In this document: piece after piece, positions 14,404 through 28,569 of the stretch
Numbering within the stretch: the stretch's first letter is position 1
Layout: each line of letters begins with the position of its first letter
Origin: Octopus vulgaris
Lineage: Eukaryota
Assembly: GCA_951406725.2 (NCBI GenBank)
Contig: OX597828.1
Coordinates: 35,836,001 to 35,900,000 of the forward strand
Reading direction: 5' to 3'
Length of the DNA stretch: 64,000 nucleotides
Translations under genes and position numbers: made by a program
The notes under the pieces: model-generated
Seen by the model: the letters and a program-made list of their open reading frames with translations, nothing else
The model's database searches: none
Told to the model about the DNA's origin: nothing

Positions 14404-15960
14404 ATGAGGATAATGATGATGATGGTGGTGGTGGTGGTTGTAGTGGTGATGGTTTTGATGGTGGAGGTGGTGCTTGCAGTGGTGGTTGTGTTGGAGATGG
14501 TGATGATGGTAGTGTCAGTTGCAGTGGTTGTGGCAGCAGTGGTGGTGGTAGTGGGGGGATGGGGGTTGATGATGATGATGTTTATGGTGATTTAACATTG
14601 GCAAGGACGACAATCATGTTTATGATGACAGTGGATGGTGGTTGTGTTTATGATGATGATGGCATTGAAGTGATGTTGGGGATAATGATGATGGTGGTGG
14701 TGGTAGTGATAGTGGTGGTGGTGGTGATGGTGGTGGTGTTGGTGGTGGTGGTGGTGGTGTTGGTGGTGGTGGTGGTGGTGGTGGTAGCAGTGGCAACGAT
14801 GATAGTGGTGGTGATGGTAGCAGTGACAGCGGTGATGGTAGTGGTGATGGTAGGACGGCGAGCTGGCAGAATCGTTAGCACGCCGGACGAAATGCTTAGC
14901 AGTATTTCGTTTACTGCTACGTTCTGAGTTCAAATTCCGCCGAGGTCGACTTAGCCTTTCATCCTTTCAGGGTCGATTAAATAAGTACCAGTTATGCACT
15001 GGGGTCGATGTAATCGAATTAATACATAAGTCTGTCTTTGTTTGTCCCCTCTATGTTTAGCCTCTTGTGGGTAATAAAGAAATAGGTAGTGGTGGTGGTG
15101 GTGGTGATGATGAATATAATCAAGACAATGACAGATATAACTATAAGAGCAATGACAATAAAAGTCAATGTCATCGTCATCATCATCATTATCATCAGTT
15201 TCATTGTCATCATTATCCTCATCAGCATCATCATTACCTTTATACTCATCATTGTCATCATCATCGTCATTATCATCATTGTCATCATAATAATATTGAT
15301 GCTGACAGAGAAAGATTCGTTAAATCAACTAATTAATTGGCATTTTTGGTCCAGTGCTGATGGTTTTGAAATTGCAGTTGTTGTGTATTTGTTTAATGAA
15401 AATCTGGTTCTGAAATTAAGTCTTAATGAAAACAGATTAAAAGTTGGTAAATAAATTATTGATGGGAGAGTAAGAGAGAACATGGGAAAGATAGAGTGGG
15501 AGAGAGTGACACAACATAGTAGGAGGGAGGGAAGGAGGAGGAATGAAAGAAAGAGAGGAAGGAAGGAAGGAAGGAAAGAAAGAAGGAAAGAAGGAAGGAA
15601 GGAAGGAAGGAAGGAAAGAAGAAAGGAAGGAAGGAAGGAAGAGGGGGGACAGAAAGAAAGATAAAAAGAGAAAGAAAGAAAGAAAGAAAAAAGGAAGAAA
15701 GAAAAGAGGGAAGAAAAAGAGAAAAAGAACGATAAGAAGAAAGGAATGGTAGGAAAGTGAAAGAGTTAAAAATTTAAAATGAAGCAAGGTGAGGATTGGT
15801 TTTTAAAAAAAATTAGAGACGGAAATAATGAATGAGAAAGAAGGAAGAAGGAAGAAATGAAAGAAGAGACAGATGAAAAAAAAAGAAAAATGTAAAATAA
15901 ATTAGAGGAAAAGAGAAAGAGCAGATGAAAAAAAAAATAGAAAAGAAGAAACGAATTGGA
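14404..15960. repeat. Low-complexity block of (GGT)n, (CAT)n and (GGAA)n
   Basis: Direct inspection. Confidence 0.9.
14853..15084 (+). mobile_element. SINE family B with TSD of about 15 bp
   Basis: Family match; TSD ggtagtggtgRtggt. Confidence 0.85.
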
Positions 15961-16615
15961 ATGAAGAATGAAATTTGTAAATTTGAATCATCATCATCAT
16001 CATCATTTAACATCTACTTTCCATGCTGGCATGGGTTGGATGGTTTGATCTGGCAAAGCTTCTACAGCTGGATGCCTTTCCTAACGCCAGCCACTCCGAG
16101 AGTGTAGTGGGTGCTTTTACATGCCACTGGCACGAGGGCCAGTCAGGCAGTACTGGTGATGGCCATGCTAAAATGGTGTTTTTTATGCACCACCTGCACA
16201 GGAACCAGTCCAGTGGCACTGGCAACAACCTTGCTCGAATGTTGTTTTTCATGTACCACCAGCACAAGTGCCAGTAATTTTTTTGAAAACTAGTGGATAT
16301 ATTCCACTGAATTTTAGATAAATAATCCTTCGAACAGACGATCAGTAGCGACGCCTGGGGCAAATACTCTGAAACTAGTCTGTAGATGCGAGACCAGCAA
16401 GGGGAAGTGGCTGACCTCCCCTGTTCGAAGGTTATAATGGACACAGGTTCATGTGTCACATAGCTAGCTAGAGGCGATGGCCTCTTGGAGCTAATCAACA
16501 GCAGCATTCGTCCTATTTTTCTGGAGTGCCATGTTAGCTTGGCGATAACTATTAATATCCAGTACCACTGCCGTAGTCTCCTTTAGAGAGACTGAGAAAT
16601 ATTAATATTTCTATA

Positions 16616-16664
<49 letters not shown>

Positions 16665-17643
16665 CCATTCAGTCTGTCTGTGTGTGTGTCTTCTAGGATC
16701 TTAGGCATCCTCCATCCGATTGCGCTCAAATTTGATATGTAGATACCAACAGTATCAAGGCATGTATAAGTCTTGAAAAAACAACAAAAATCAATTCCAG
16801 GTGAGAATGCAATTGATAAAGCCGTGGGAACGTGCATTTCTATGCGCAAGTACATCAGCTGTTGCAATCAATACTACGCATACATGAGAAAAATACATGT
16901 GCAGTTTGCACAAAAAATGCCAGCTCGCTTGAAATAATGCCACAAAATGCAGTATATTTAAGAGACCAAAAAAGTAAGATGCAAAAGAGATATTTTCTTC
17001 AAACTTGGCATGAAGGAAGGAAAGACTTGGTTCCTCAAGAAGTTTTTTTTTTGCCTTAACATCATTTAACAAAACCCAAAATTTTATTGAAATAAAGGCA
17101 TGCTTAATTATTTTTTAATGAAAAGAAAACACTGATTGCTTTTTATTCAGCAGATATGATTCAGCACCGTCTATTGGACGGGGGGGGGGGGGGCGTTTTG
17201 CTTGTGTATATATATATATATTAGACATACATACAGATAGATATATGTGCTGTGGCTTGCTAAGAAAATGCATTGATTTGCTTGGCGTGGAGGGCAATAA
17301 TGCTGCTATGGCAGCCCTGTGTGAAGCCACAATATAACATAAGAATTTGGTAACTTTGGAACTAAGGAACTTTGAAAACACTTTGGAAAAGATACTGTTA
17401 AGAAAGATACTGTCAGCTTAAATCAAGTCAGACTGAACAGATTTCTTACGATTAAAAATGCTTCTAACCATGACCACTACTACTCTGCTACAACATCCCA
17501 TATTTTCATATATCAGGGACTTCATAAGCCAATGAGTCCTTTATTTAATATTCAAAATTGTATGGTAAAGATCTGAGGGATTTCTGGTTGCTATTTCTAG
17601 CTGGTTAAGCAACCACTTTTTTCTCCCTCTGGGGGGTCTAAAC

Positions 17644-17882
17644 CAGTGTTTTTCAACCAAATTTTATCAATGGACCCATTTGATTTCTGTATTACTCAAA
17701 CGGACCTTCAGACCCATTCAATGTTTTAAAAAATACTATTTTCATAATCAAACATTATTAGGAATTGCATAAAAAAATTTGGTAAAATATTTTGGGCTTT
17801 GTAGAAGTATAAGCAGATAAATTTTAACAACAAAACCTTATATGGATCTTTAAGGGTTGTGTGGACCCTCTGAGAACCACTG
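17644..17882. mobile_element. hAT-type MITE
   Basis: Termini cagtgtttttcaa...tgagaaccactg; imperfect 8-bp TSD gtctaaac/gtctcaag. Confidence 0.7.
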
Positions 17883-18270
17883 GTCTCAAGGAATGAGTAG
17901 TGCCCATGGCCTTCCCTGTCTCTCGTTAGAGGAATGAGGTAGATTCCATTGATGTGCTTCTTGTTGACTTTTCTGAAACAGATGATTTGTTGTTGATGTT
18001 GTTGTTTTTGTCGTCGTCATCATTTGGCTCAATGTGAACCCTGACTAGACTGTCACTTATAATTAAGAGACATTCCCGCCATAGCCACCTCTTCCTTCTA
18101 ACACTTCATTATTTGATGTGTCTTTCCTTTGAGGTTGAATTTCTTTGCAGTCACTTGACCTGTTAGAAAAAGCAGTTAAAGTCCCCAAATTCTTTCCTTC
18201 ATATCATACCCTGTAGCAGATATTGGTGCTGTGATTGTTGTTGCAGTTCAGCTCAAGATTGTTCTGATGA

Positions 18271-18659
18271 TGGATGGAAGCACTCCGTCGGTTACAACGA
18301 TGAGGGTTCCGGTTGATCCGAATCAACAGAACAGCCTGCTCGTGAAATTAATGTGTAAGTGGCTGAGCACTCCACAGACACGTGTACCCTTAACGTAGTT
18401 CTCGGGGATATTCAGCGTGACACAGAGAGTGACAAGGCCGGCCCTTTGAAATACAGGTACAACAGAAACAGGAAGTAAGAGTGAGAGAAAGTTGTGGTGA
18501 AAGAGTACAGCAGGGATCACCACCATCTCCTGCCGGAGCCTCGTGGAGCTTTAGGTGTTTTCAATCAATAAACACTCACAACGCCCGGTCTGGGAATCGA
18601 AACCGCGATCCTATGACCGCTAGTCCGCTGCCCTAACCACTGGGCCATTGCGCCTCCAC
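18271..18659 (-). mobile_element. tRNA-derived SINE family C, full length, 11-bp TSD
   Basis: Head tggcccagtggttaggg..ggtttcgattccc; TSD tgttctgatga at 18260-18270 and 18660-18670; related copy at 9074-9376 (+). Confidence 0.88.
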
Positions 18660-19091
18660 TGTTCTGATGAAACAAACCCATAACCAAATGTTTTCCAGTC
18701 ATAACAAACCCAGATAGCAATTATGTGATTTGAAGCCTATTTGGCTATTATTGTTAGCAAGTGGAGCAACCATTCAGAAGCAACCTTTATTATCTTGCCT
18801 AGAATAGACATTGTATAGAGAGACTTGTGTACTCTAACACTTAATCTTTTCATAGAGAGGATTAACAGGCTATAAAACCACGTTTCAGATTGTGTGTTAA
18901 TACAAGACAACCAAAGCACGTTTTACCGATCATTGCACAACAAATGGCTGCTACTGCTGCTGCTGCTAATAAATATTACTGGTTTCTCTTTTAGTTGTTT
19001 CGGTCAATGAACTGTGGTCATGCTGGGGCATCACCTTGCAGAGTTTTAATCAAACAAATCATCCCCAGTTATAAAGAAATGGGGATAACAA

Positions 19092-19129
<38 letters not shown>

Positions 19130-19339
19130 GTGTATGTGCGTGGTGTATGTATCATCATCATCATCATTATAATCATCATTATCATCGTTTAACGTCCGTT
19201 TTCCATGCTGGCATAGGTTGGACGGTTTGACTGGGGACTGGCAAGCCAGAAGGCGGCACCAGGCTCCAATCTGATCTGGCAAGGTTTCTACAGCTGGATG
19301 CCCTTCCTAAAGCCAACCACTCTGAGAGTGAAGCAGGTG

Positions 19340-19670
19340 CCTTGTACTAAAAGTGTGCATGTACCAAAAGTGATAAAAATCAAACATCCAGTCAACATCA
19401 TGATATTTGGAGTGATCACTAGTGATGGCGATGTTATACCTCCATTCATCTTCCCACATGGCCTCATACTCAGCACAGAGGCCTGTATCAAGTGCCCTGA
19501 AAGAGATAGTGCTTCCCTGGGTCAAGAGAGTGGCTCCTAGAAAACCCTATGTCTGGCAACAGGACTCTGCACCATACCACACAAGCAGGAGAACCCAGAC
19601 ATAGCTGTCAGACAATTTCTGCAACCGTGTCACCCCTAACATCTGGCCACCTAATTACCCAGACTGCAAT
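19340..19670 (+). mobile_element. Tc1/mariner-superfamily transposase fragment (DD37D/maT-like)
   Basis: [29 protein letters not shown] and WPPNYPDCN motifs. Confidence 0.75.
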
Positions 19671-19695
19671 GTATATATGTATATATACATATATG

Positions 19696-19768
<73 letters not shown>

Positions 19769-20161
19769 GCACACATATACATACATACACATATGTATGT
19801 TTTCTGGATGAAACGAGAAAAGGAAGTCAACGCATGAACGTACATACATTATTAAATTTTTAATTGGCAGAAACACACAAAAGTGACAAAATGCCTCAAT
19901 GGCCAACAGATGCATGCCTGCCACCTGAATGCAACTCCCAGTACTTAAAGCAACGCATGGAATGTCAAAAATAAAACCCACATAATAGCACTACATAACA
20001 CACTGCATAATATATGTAGGCTTTCTGCAGCTGACTCTCATAAAATGAAAAAGGAGATTTTTGTTAAAATTCTGGTTCGTTTATTGCATTTCTTAATTTT
20101 TTTTTTAGCACCTTACTCAGTCAAGCAGCACATACCTGTCCTTCATGCAATAAATGATACA

Positions 20162-20202
<41 letters not shown>

Positions 20203-20330
20203 TCATCATCATCATCATCATCATCTCATGTCCATTGTCCATGCTGGCATGGGTTGGACGGTTTGACTAGAGCTGGCACGCTGGAAGGCTGCACCAGACT
20301 CTAGTCTGATTTGGCATGGTTTCTATGGCT

Positions 20331-20388
<58 letters not shown>

Positions 20389-20389
20389 T

Positions 20390-20800
20390 AGGAGTGCCTG
20401 TGTGGTAAGTAGCTTGCTTACAAACCACATAGTTCCGGGTTCAGTCCCACTGCGTGGCACCTAGGGCAAGTGTCTTCTACAATAGCCTCGGGCTGACCAA
20501 AGCCTTGTGAGTGGATTTGGTGGAGGAAACTGAAAGAAGCCTGCCGTGTATATGTGTATGTGTGTCTGTGTCTGTGTGTATGTGTGTGTATATGTTTGTG
20601 TGTCTGTTTTTGTCCCCCCCCCACACAATATCGCTTGACAACTGATGCTGGTGTGTTTACGTCCCCATAACTTAGTGGTTCGGCAAAAGAGACCGACAGT
20701 ATAAGTACTAGGCTTACAAAGGGTCGATTTGTTCGACTAAAGGCAGTGCTCTAGCATGGCCACAGTCAAATGATTGAAACAAGTAAAAGAGAGTAAAGAG
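20390..20800 (+). mobile_element. SINE family A
   Basis: Full-length match to family A. Confidence 0.85.
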
Positions 20801-20818
20801 TATATATATATATATACA

Positions 20819-20982
20819 TAACAGGCTTCCTTCAGTTCCCATCTACCAAATCCACTCACAAGGCATTGGTTGGCACAAGGCTACAGTAGAAGACACTTGC
20901 CCAAGGTGGCATGCAGTCGGACTGAAACCAGAACCATATGGTTGGGAAGCAAGCTCCTTACCACACAGCCACGCCTGTGCCT
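20819..20982 (-). mobile_element. SINE family A head, inverted relative to the 20390 copy
   Basis: Reverse-complement match to family A. Confidence 0.8.
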
Positions 20983-21131
20983 ATATATATATATAGATAT
21001 ATATATATATATATATATCACGTGATCACGTGACCGACCAGACCGTCAGATGTTGTTACACATCACTGGTCACAATGCGTTCACATAGTTTTAGCCTTCG
21101 AATGACGCCACCCCGCTGGCTAAGCGAGCAG

Positions 21132-21241
<110 letters not shown>

Positions 21242-21259
21242 TGTATGTATATATATATA

Positions 21260-21291
<32 letters not shown>

Positions 21292-21550
21292 ACATTTGCA
21301 GAAAACAAATCTGAAAGAAGAAGCACACTCTAAGATGTAGAGCAGTATATATTAAAAATGGGGCAGGCCTGTTTATGGGATCACCTTAAGTTTGCTGTCC
21401 ATAAAGAGTTTAGCTTTATGGCATATCATCAGAACCCAAGACCTATTGATCCAAGGCTTCTTTTGGTATCTGATAATATGCCATAAAGCTAAACCCTTTA
21501 TGGACAGGAAAACTAAGGTAATCCCCTAAACCAGTCTTCCCCATTTTTAA

Positions 21551-21597
<47 letters not shown>

Positions 21598-21890
21598 TCT
21601 AGAGTAGAAAAGAATATATATATGTATGCGGCGAGCTAGCAGAATCGTTGGCACACCAAGCAAGAAGTTTAGCGGTATTTTGTCTATCTGTGTTCTGAGT
21701 TCAAATTCCATAGAGGTTGACTTTGCCTCTCATCCTTTCAGGATTGATAAATTAAGTACCAGTTGCATACTAGGGTTGATCTAATCAACTGGCCCCCTCC
21801 CACAAAAATCTCAGGCCTTGTACCTAGATTAGAAAAGATTATATATATATATATACGTATGTGTTGGTGCACATGTGCATGCATGCATAT

Positions 21891-21922
<32 letters not shown>

Positions 21923-22279
21923 GCATGCATGCTTGCACATGCACAATAGCACAAACATAGTCAGATAGAGAAACTTAGCTCTAGGAAGTTTACACATAAA
22001 GATATTTTAACACGTGTGTATGCACTGATTAGTTGGTGGTGTTAGTTAAGTAGTTGGTTGGCTCTGTATAGCCTTAGTGTGTGTATGTGTTGTCAGCCAG
22101 ACCCATCTATCAACTTAGATAAATAAAGATAAATAAGCTGTGTTGTAACAACAACTGTCAGTCCAGAATGTAAGAAGATTTAATATGTCGATGGTGGAGA
22201 TGTGTCTTACCTCACTTTAGCTTCACACACACACACATATAAATATACATACATACATATATAGACACACACACACATA

Positions 22280-22357
<78 letters not shown>

Positions 22358-22389
22358 TATATACAAACTCACATATACATATATATATA

Positions 22390-22797
22390 GGCGCAGGAGT
22401 GGCTGTGTGGTAAGTAGCTTGCTTACCACCCACATGGTCCCGGGTTCAGTCCCACTGCATGGCACCTTGGGCAAGTGTCTACTATAGTTTTGGGCCAACC
22501 AAAGCCTTGTGAGTGGATATGGTAGATGGAAACTGGAAGAAGTCTGTCGTATATGTATATATATGTATACGTATGATGTGTGTGTATATATTTGTGTGTC
22601 TGTTTCTCCCCACAACATCGCCTGACAACCGATGCTGGTGTGTTTACATCCCTGTAACTTAGTGGTTCGGCAAAAGAGACCGACGGAATAAGTACTAGGC
22701 TTACAAAGAATAAGCTCTGGGGTTGATTTGCTCAACTAAAAGCGGTGCTCCAGCATGGCCACACTCAAATGACTGAAACAAGTAAAAGAGTAAAAGA
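22390..22797 (+). mobile_element. SINE family A
   Basis: Full-length match to family A. Confidence 0.85.
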
Positions 22798-23402
22798 GAT
22801 ACATGGACATACATAAATATATGTATGTGTGTGTCTGTGTATATATACATGTGTATATATAAAGAGAAAAAAAGCTCTGGGGTTGAGTCATTTGACTAAA
22901 ATCCTTCAAGGCAGTGCCCCAGCATGGCCACAGTCTACTGACTGAAGCAAGTAAAAGAAAAAAGACACACACACACACACACACACACACCAGTTCTCAC
23001 TCACATTCACACATATACACATACATATACAAATATATTCTTACATCCATTTTCTCTCTTTCTCCCTCTCTCTCTCTTTTTTCCTCTCTCTCATTCTCCC
23101 CCTCTCCCTCTCCTCCATATAAACAGTATTTCTCCATCTTACTCTAATTGGACAACTAATCAACAAACTGTACAAAAATTATATTGATTCTACTGTTTAC
23201 ACGGTTCACATCCCTGGTAGACACCCATGGGTGTCTGGTTATGGCTATGTACATCTATACACCCACTCACCTCTTGCTAGTCAATCTGTCTGCCTGTCTA
23301 TCTGTATGAGTAATTCATCTATATACATAAATATAAGAATGCTAACATGTATGTATGTGTATCTGTGTATGCATATATATATGTGCTTGTGTGTTTATAC
23401 AT

Positions 23403-24311
23403 ATCATCATCATCATCATCATCATCATCATTGTCGTCTAATATCCACTTTCCATGCTGGCATGGGTTGGACAGTTTGACTGGGGACTGGTGAGCCAGAT
23501 GGCTGCACCAGGCTCCAATCTGATCTGGCAGAGTTTCTACAGCTGGATGCCCTTCCTAACACAAACCACTCAGAGTGTAGTGGTTGCTTTTACATACCAC
23601 CAGCACGAGGTCCAGTAAAGCAGTACTGGCGACAGCCATGCTCAAATGGTGTGTTTTATGTGCCACCTGTACAGGGGCCAGTCCAGTGGCACTGGCAACA
23701 ACCTCGCCCAAATGTGGTTTTTCACGTTCCACCGGCACAAGTGCCAGTAAGGCGACACTGGTAACAATCAAGCTCATATGGAGCTTTTTATGTGCCACTG
23801 GCACAGGAGCCAGTCAGCGGCCCTGGCAATGATCATGCTCAGATGGTGCTTTTAACGTTCCACTGGCACAGGTGCCAATCAGGTGGTGCTGTCATCAGCC
23901 ACGTCAGCGAATTTGATTTCGATTGTGGTTTCGCTTGCCTCAACAGGTCTTTGAAAGCAAAGTTTAGTGTCCAACAAAAGAAAGGTATGCATAAGTAGGC
24001 TGGTTACACCACTGGCATAGGCCAAAGGTCTTCCTGGGTCTACCTCTTCCACAGATTCCCTCAACTGCTAGAGTGTGATACTTTTTCACACAGCTGTCCT
24101 CATCCATTTGCATCACATGACCATACCAGTGCAGTCGTCTCTCTTGCACACCACATCTGATGCTTCTTAGGTCCAACTTTTGTCTCAAGGCACTTACTCT
24201 CTGTTATGTATGCACCCTACATTACACATCCAGCAGAGCATACTGGCTTCATTCCTTGCAAGTTTACGCATGTTCTCAGTAGTCACGGCTCATATTTCAC
24301 TGCCATGTAGC
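23403..24311 (-). mobile_element. RTE-clade LINE 3' fragment, same family
   Basis: RRLHWYGHVMQM..GRGRPRKT, followed by the matching 3' UTR and (GAT)n tail. Confidence 0.85.
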
Positions 24312-24556
24312 ATATATATATATATATATATGTATGTATATAATATATATATATATAATATATATATACAAGAGTATTATTATAGTAGATTATCTCAGTA
24401 ACCATGGGAGCTATGAAAAAATACAAAGCCCAGCATCACCACCGGATCATTCTACACATCTGTGTAATTTTTCGCATAATTCTACCCAGCTGTTTGACCA
24501 TGAATCCCAAGACAAGACAGAATCGCCCACGTCAAATTTATATGTATATATATATG

Positions 24557-24607
<51 letters not shown>

Positions 24608-24997
24608 TTGTGTGTGTGTATGTGCGTGTGTTTATGTGTGTGTATGTGTGTGTGTGTATATATACATATATATATACACACACAAGAGCATCCTTGTCAT
24701 TAGGAAGTGCATCAAGCTGTAAAAAGCATGTCAAATCAGACTGGAACCTGGTGCAGCTCTCCAGCTTGCCAGCTTTGGTCAAACTGTCCAACCCATGCCA
24801 GCATGGACAATGGACGTTAACTGATGATGATGATGATGATGATGATGATGAGGCTGATTTGCGCATATTAGGAGTGCAGTATAGCTGAATGGTAAAGAAG
24901 TTTTCATCACAATCACAAGGTCCCAGGATCAGTCCTACTGTCAGGCATCTAGGATAAGCCTCTTTTCTGATAGCCTGAAGTCATGTATATGCACATG

Positions 24998-25033
<36 letters not shown>

Positions 25034-25164
25034 TTGTACCTCTGGCCAATGAGCTTTGATGAGTCATCTCACCACTAAGAACTTTATAGGTGCAAAACCA
25101 CTGGTAACTCCCAGACCAACCATAACCAAAAACTATATCAAATATATACGTATATCTACACACA

Positions 25165-25410
25165 CATGTGTGGGGTGCAGATGAATGAGAGACTAACAAA
25201 ACTGCTTGTAACACCAAAGATGAACTGAAGGCAAGGATTATGGCAGCATTCACCAACTTAAACAAGGAGAGCATCCAGAAGAGTTGCAGGAAATTCTGAA
25301 GTGGTCTGGAGGCTGTGGTTGGAACCAATGGTGATTTTATTGAATAGATTTACTCTTTAGTATTTCAAGATATTCTAATGTAATTTTGGTAAATATATCT
25401 GTTAAAACTG
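25165..25410 (+). mobile_element. C-terminal fragment of a Tc1/mariner-superfamily transposase
   Basis: Reads TKDELKARIMAAFTNLNKESIQKSCRKF*SGLEAVVGTNGDFIE*, a typical Tc1-like terminus. Confidence 0.65.
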
Positions 25411-25838
25411 AGCAACAGCATGAAAGCCACTACTTGTTGATTTATATTTTCATTCCAATTAACAGATCCTACTCATTGCAAAATTCATATCTGAAGAATC
25501 ATGTTTTTGTTTTTTTTTCTCCAGACGGTATCTCACTACTTGCGGTCTCATATCATTTCCTCTGTAAGGTTCAGCTTCCTGAAATCAGCCTTTTCTAGTG
25601 TAATATCTGGTCATCTAAAACCAGTGTGAAACTGTGAAGCTGATGGATAAGATTGGCTGAAATGGATCTATAATACTCTATACTTTGACTAATACACACA
25701 CACACATTAATGCATTAAATTTTGTTTCTCCTGTTTGTTCCACCAAACCTGTGCCATGAGTATGAATGCAGACAATCTGCTACAGTGTTTTGGTAATGTT
25801 AGTCATTTCCTCCTACATAAACGGTTTCATGCAGATGC

Positions 25839-26070
25839 AAGGCGGCGAGCTGGCAGAAACGTTAGCATGCCGGGCGAAATGCTTAGCGGTATTTCGTCTG
25901 CGTTACGTTGTGAGTTCAAATTCCGCCGAGGTCGACTTTGCCTTTCATCCTTTCGGGGTCGATAAATTAAGTACCAGTTACGCACTGGGGTCGATGTAAT
26001 CGACTTAATACCTATGTCTGTCCTTGTTTGTCCCCTCTGTGTTTAACCCCTTGTGGGTAATAAAGAAATA
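25839..26070 (+). mobile_element. tRNA-derived SINE family B (MetaSINE-like central domain) with 16-bp TSD
   Basis: gcctttcatcctttcggggtcgataaattaagtaccag; TSD ggtttcatgcagatgc at 25823-25838 and 26071-26086. Confidence 0.9.
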
Positions 26071-27271
26071 GGTTTCATGCAGATGCCATTCAGTCATCCT
26101 TGCTCTTTAATACTTGTCATTTTTCATCTTTAAAAAAAAGTCCCATCCAAATCTTAATAATGAGAGATCTAATTTCAACAAGAAAGATTTGAGGTAGGTG
26201 CCTCAAAAGTGGGCACACGCAAACACAATCACAGCACCACAAATGGAATATAAAACACATGACTATCTCATATATTTAACCTATTTGCCTGTAGCACAAT
26301 CTGTTGTAAGACTTGCTTCCGCAGACTGAAATGTGTGAGGACTGATGGTGGTATGTACATGATAAATACTAAGCACTAAGCAGAGATTTTGCTAATCCAA
26401 AATCTATGCTAATCCCTACTGTAATGGTGTCAAACACGTGTGAATGAAATTTTATGTATAATACATTTATTTATTTGTAATACCTGTATTGATGTGTATT
26501 CTTATTAATTTATGTATATAAAGGCAGTGAGCTGGCAGAATCATTAGCACACCAGGCAAAATGCTTAGCGGTATTTTGTCTGTCGCTACATTCTGAGTTC
26601 AAATTCTTCCGAGGTCAACGTTACCTTTTATCCTTTTGGGGTCGATAAATTAAGTACCAGTGAAACAGTGAGGTTGATGTAATCAACTAGTCCCCTCCCC
26701 CAAAACTTCGGGCCTTGTGCCTTTATTAGAAAGGATAAACTTAAGTATATGGTTGCATAATAGAGAATATATGTTGGAAAGCTTATGGATTTGGTTGGGG
26801 CTAAAAATATGCAGCACTACACATATATTTAAGAATATAGTTCTCATTACTGACACATGTGTGAAACTAGTTTGGTAAAATGCTTGTAAGAGCCTTGCAG
26901 GCATGAAGGTCCACTGTTAAAAACGATCCTTTTAACAGTCAGTAACGGTCTTCCAAGGACACAAGTGGCCAGTTGGAGTATATACATACACAGACATGTC
27001 AAAAATAAATAGACAGCATCATTTTTGGAAGATTTATTTCTAGAAATAGAACAATGTTATTTAATGCATTAAAATACTAATTCTAGTATATGGGAGACAT
27101 GTCTTATTCAGTTTTTAATTATTTAACCTGTCTGGGTATTGTACTGATGAGTAGATTCTGTACAAATGAATAGTGATCGAATGAAGGAATGAGGGGGGTG
27201 TCTATTTACTTTTGATATGTCAGTGTAGAAACATACGTGGAGGGGAGAGAGAGAGAGACAGAGAGAGAGAG

Positions 27272-27322
<51 letters not shown>

Positions 27323-27517
27323 GTGTATGTGTGTGTGTGATGAACTAAACATAAGAGAATCTTTGCCCCATATAGAAATTACAGGACCACTCAGAAGCAT
27401 ATTAGTTTGGTGCAGCAAGTCCCATAAGCCCAGTAGTTATTGGGATACAGAATTTGTAAGGGGTTAACTTTTCTTAGATGAGCAGCTAAAGAGCAGAAGG
27501 ACCCCATCTTTTTCTGA

Positions 27518-27800
27518 ATATATCACAATGTAGGAAACCCTTCCAAATTACCAGCAGGTATCTCGGGTCATCAGCATTTTGTGCTTTAGCCTGTACACTT
27601 TACTTGAATGGGACAAGCAAGGGCGCTTTTTGCCAAACCACTGACTTATGGGGACATCCCACTTACCAGTTTCACTTGTGATTTGAAAAACAAAAATAAA
27701 CTCAACAATTTGAAATGGAACACCTTATTGACAGCAAAATCAAACAATAACAATAACTGACCTTGCAACCTATGTGCAACTGGGAGCTTTGAAATTCCCT
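27518..27800 (+). pseudogene. Penelope-type GIY-YIG endonuclease remnant
   Basis: Manual translation gives RYLGSS, then (after a frameshift) LTSFTCDLKNKNKLNNLKWNTLLTAKSNNNNN*PCNLCATGSFEI, resembling the PLE pattern LSxxIWxLK...W.I...A......CxLC. Confidence 0.55.
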
Positions 27801-27936
27801 TCCCCAAAACCTCCCTTCTCAACAGACAATCAAAATGTCTTACATTATCCTGATATAAAATATTTAAAGTTGAAATTTACAGGTATATAAACAACAAGCA
27901 GATGTATTAGTTTGATGCTTGGGAAAGTGAGAAAGT

Positions 27937-27972
27937 CTTTTACATTTCGAGCCTACGCTCTTTGACAGAAAG
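27937..27972 (-). ncRNA. Hammerhead-like motif with variant core, same family as 57104
   Basis: cttt-CTGTCAAA-gagc(gtag)gctc-GAAA-tg-TA-aaag. Confidence 0.5.
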
Positions 27973-28569
27973 GAACATGAGGAAATAAACACACAGAGAG
28001 AGAATAAAAAAAACTTTTGGAGTTAGCAGTCAATTATGGCGACTGGTCCCAGAAGTGTATGTAGGCCCTCACCTAGCTCACGATGGCAGGTGTTAACATG
28101 CAGTCATGTGTCAAAAACCTGGTTCTAACACGACCTAAAAAGGTCCCTTCCTTCCGATTGCACCAATTAAAATATTCAAACATTGATAAACCTACCACTT
28201 GCTCAAACAGGTAATTCTACACTGCAAGCATTTTGACTTAGCTTTCAAGTAACTCTACACACATAAACACTGACACCACCTTTTTACCTAAACTCACATT
28301 TGACCTTTTTAACCCACACATTTATATGCATGAACATTAATAAACTGTTTTAGCATTGCCTTTTTCCTTACTGCACAAATCAATAAGTATTTGTTTATAC
28401 ACCATTAGATTTTATGCATTTGTCTTTTTATTTCTTTCCACTTTAGTTTCTATTATTTTATGCCACTTCATTTTGATATTGTATTCTTTTTTTCACATCT
28501 CCTATAGTAACCTGCATGTTATCTTTACTTGCACGCCTATACGCTTTATTTCATGTTTAACACTTTCAA

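Noticed and set aside
18580-18659. tRNA gene (likewise the heads of the other SINEs)
   Set aside because: The A/B boxes continue into a SINE body with a TSD, and there is no complete cloverleaf.
25636-25675. Hammerhead at CTGATGG...GAAA-tggatc-TA
   Set aside because: Stems I and II do not pair and the core is imperfect.
27758-27760. In-frame TGA as selenocysteine in the GIY-YIG remnant
   Set aside because: It is not at a Cys position of the CxxC motif, the element is decayed, and CGA>TGA decay is the simpler explanation.
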